DNA from: Mycobacterium leprae TN
GTDB lineage: Bacteria > Actinomycetota > Actinomycetes > Mycobacteriales > Mycobacteriaceae
Direction: 5' to 3'
Assembly (NCBI RefSeq): GCF_000195855.1
Contig: NC_002677.1
Coordinates: forward strand, 2,490,001-2,522,000
Length of the DNA stretch: 32,000 bases
This document shows positions 29,540-32,000 of this stretch, in pieces (the first letter of the stretch is position 1; the number at the start of each line of letters is the position of its first letter). The notes below the pieces were generated by a model that was given only the letters and a program-made list of their open reading frames with translations, was not told the origin of the DNA and searched no databases. The position numbers were made by a program, and so were the translations under genes.

Positions 29540-30861
29540 ATGAGTCGTACTACGACCGATCAACTCCGCGAGGCAGTGCTAGACGTTGGTTCATTCGTTA
29601 GCTGAGACCGCGAACCGCTAGCGCTGCCGATAACCAAATCCCACGCGCGGGAGCTGACTGACGCCCAAGCCGCCAGTGGCTTAGACGAATCGGTGCTGAC
29701 CAGCCAGGGGTGCGTATTCGGGCGACGGGTAGCGATAATTGTCTGCAAATTCAGCTTCCTCGGTGGCCGTATCGGGGTGGCAGCCGCGGAGCGAATCACC
29801 GCCGCCGTGCAGCGGGCGACAGCTGAGCGGCTGCCGCTGCTGGTCTCGCCAAGTTCCGATGGCACCCGTATGCAGGAAGGCACCGTCGCGTTCCTGCAGA
29901 TGGTGAAGATCGCTGCGGCCGTCAAACTCTCCAAACGGGCGGGTCTGCCCTACTTAGGGTACTTGCGTAATCCGACCACCGGCGGGGTCTTCGCGTCGTG
30001 GGGCTCGCTGGGCCATGTAACCGTCGCCGAGCCGGGTGTTCTAATCGGCTTCCTTGGGCCTCGGGTGTATGAGTTGCTGTATGGCGAACCTTTCCCGTCC
30101 GACATCCAGACAGCGGAGAATCTGCAACGGCATGGGGTAATCGACGCTATCGTCACGCTGGACGGACTGCAACTGACGTTGAATCGTGCGCTGACGATGA
30201 TCGCCGATGTTCCCAAACTAATACCGACGCCACAACGACCCGAACCGATACCGGATGTGCCAGCTTGGAACTCGGTTATGGGGTCGCGACGGCCTGAACG
30301 GCCAAGTGTCGCACAAGTACTGCGGCACGGCGCCACCGACCGAGTGCTGCTGTCCGGACCCGGTCACGGCGAGGCAGCGACCACCTTGCTGGCACTGGCC
30401 CGATTGGCCGGCCAGACCGCAGTGGTAATCGGTCAGCAACGGAAGGACGGCGGTAATCGCCCAGTGTCTGGCTGAGCTCGTCACGCTGGACACACCAACA
30501 GTGTCGGTCCTACTGGGTCAGGGCAGTGGCGGACCGACACTGGCCATGGTGCCCGCCGACCGGGTACTGGCGCCACTCCCGCCGGAGGGCGCCAGCGCGA
30601 TTGTTTTCCATGATACCGCTCATGCCGCCGAATTTGCAGCGGCCCAGGGCTTCCGGTCGTCCTGACCTGATGAAGTCCGGAATCGTCGATGTGATCGTGC
30701 CCGAGCACACCACCGCTGCCGACGAGCCGGTCGAGTTTTGCCAACGACTGTGCAGTGCTATCGCCACCGAGCTACACGCGCTACGCGAAGTACCCGATTC
30801 CCAACGTCTTGCGACGCGGTTACAGCGTTACCGCCGCATCGGGCTGCCCCACGACACTTAA
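29540..30861 (+). pseudogene. accD3: Acetyl/propionyl-CoA carboxylase carboxyltransferase beta-subunit pseudogene
   Basis: ATG at 29540 gives MSRTTTDQLREAVLDVGSFVS, then an in-frame TGA at 29603-29605. The same frame continues into a 260-codon carboxyltransferase ORF (FSFLGGRIGVAAAERI...). After 30475 there is an internal deletion and at least two frameshifts (TPTVSVLLGQGSGG..., GIVDVIVPE...). Confidence 0.85.
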
Positions 30862-30959
30862 ACCAACTACCTACGCACACAACTCGCCGCAACGCATGAC
30901 TGTAGTTTATATCTGGGTGAACGTGTCCAGTCGGTCATGGCAACTTTGCCCATGGATGA

Positions 30960-31470
30960 CGCTTGGTGGGCGGCGAAACCTTGTGGCGCGGAACGCTGAG
31001 CTGCTATCGACTGCGAAGACAGGCTGAAGCCGGGTGGCTGTGGTCAGTCCGACCCGGCGTCATTGCCGGGCTGGCCGCAGCAGCGCTGCATGACTCGGAT
31101 TTCATCGACAACGACGAACCAGTCGAGCTAATCTGGCGTAACCAAAACTTACCGGCCGACATGATCACCCGAAATCAGCGCATCGATGAATGACAAGCTT
31201 ACTTGCGTCGGCTGACCTTCGGTGATGACGCTTGCGCGAACGGTCACCGTCGAATATGACGGGAACCATCACCGCACCAGCCGACGCAAGCACATTTCGG
31301 AACCAGTGGCGGCTACGCAAGCAGCACACAGCTGGAGTGGATCGTTGTCCGAGCGATCACCGAGGATATTTTCGTTGGGTACGCCAAACACTCTACCGTC
31401 GCGGATCATCTCAACCAGGGGCGGCCGCCGCAGCGCCAACCAGCACACTCTGGCCTACCGGTGATCCGGC
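30960..31470 (+). pseudogene. DUF559-type (Vsr-like endonuclease fold) conserved hypothetical pseudogene
   Basis: IAGLAAAALHDSDFIDNDEPVELIW, VTVEYDGNHHRT and, after a frameshift, LEWIVVRAITEDIF match the DUF559 pattern (vavEYDGxxH...GWxvxRvt). Stops and shifts separate the pieces. Confidence 0.45.
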
Positions 31471-31539
31471 CAGGTAGTCAGCGGACCAGCACAAGGTTGA
31501 GAAGTTGACTGGCCCATCTACGAGCGGCGGCTTGGGTCG

Positions 31540-32000
31540 CTATCGAGCAGGTTGAATGCTCACCCCGTCGTACGCAGCGACGACAACGCAAGCAGCGTTG
31601 CCCATTGTCCCGATTGCATTGGGTAACTCAATAGCGCTGCTGAAACGGTCTTCGATAGCTACTCGCAGCTTAGCGCGCTGAGCAACCAAGCATTGGATGA
31701 GGTCAGGGTGGCACCCGGCGTGCATCAGGAAGTCGGTTTTGACGAGCAGCCAGTCGGGATCGAGCAACAGGGTGGCCGCAACCCTGTCCACGAGCTCGAC
31801 CAGATCGGCGGATTCGCCGGCGCCCGCGATAGCGGGCTGAGCTGTTCGGTGATTATGGTCGCGTGCTGGTCGTAAAGCGCGAAGAACAATTCCTCGAGGC
31901 GATCGAACAGCGAGTAAAACACCTCGTGGGTGTAGCCGGCCACCGTACACACATCATTCTATGCGTACATACCCAAATCCCTTGTCGTCGAACACCTGAA
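31540..32000 (-). pseudogene. TetR-family transcriptional regulator pseudogene (5' end runs off the window)
   Basis: The HTH tail VAGYTHEVFYSLFDRLEELFFALYDQ is preceded by an in-frame TAG. A frameshift near 31830 leads into the ligand-domain frame (DLVELVDRVAATLLLDPDWLLVKTDFLMHA...VVVAAYDG). Confidence 0.6.

Noticed and set aside
1-32000. CRISPR arrays, rRNA genes, intact IS elements or prophage genes
   Set aside because: No regularly spaced direct repeats, no rRNA-like sequence, and no intact transposase, integrase or phage structural ORF were seen on either strand.

Overview
The window looks like reductive-evolution mycobacterial DNA, most consistent with Mycobacterium leprae or M. lepromatosis. 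The GC content is moderately high and gene decay is extreme.

Only about nine protein-coding genes and one tRNA look intact:
- the pstS3-pstC2-pstA1 phosphate-uptake operon (minus strand, 1-2174)
- mntH (4502-5782)
- a stand-alone phosphoribosyltransferase-domain ORF (13368-14072)
- tRNA-Arg(CCU) (16601-16673)
- a small four-helix membrane protein (22539-22973)
- an SRPBCC protein with a tightly coupled 56-aa upstream ORF that is absent from the supplied ORF track (23870-24582)
- echA6 (28770-29513)

The rest is about 26 recognisable gene remnants, each broken by frameshifts, in-frame stops or internal deletions. They are an SDR, a DapB-N-like oxidoreductase, class II ribonucleotide reductase nrdZ, a DUF1918 protein, a cytochrome P450, a serine esterase, rtcB, archease, CapA, a dienelactone-hydrolase domain, PolX, an HNH endonuclease, tacA/tacT, a BCCT transporter, PE/PPE, a thiolase-like protein, a carotenoid oxygenase, a VOC protein, ctpE, a beta-lactamase-like lipoprotein, an MBL-fold hydrolase, accD3, a DUF559 protein and a TetR regulator.

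From my memory of the M. tuberculosis map, gene order at 1-5.8 kb and 16.9-30.9 kb follows Rv0930..Rv0904c in inverted orientation. An 11-kb non-syntenic block lies between mntH and tRNA-Arg. It consists largely of decayed homologues of DosR-regulon genes from two distant M. tuberculosis loci.

The most unusual structure is a 422-bp, 100 percent identical inverted repeat (12006-12427 and 14357-14778) bracketing 1.93 kb. One copy is the native 3' end of the PRTase-hydrolase gene. The other sits between two truncated genes.

Pseudogene boundaries are approximate (tens of nt). All homology calls come from reading translated motifs, not from database searches.
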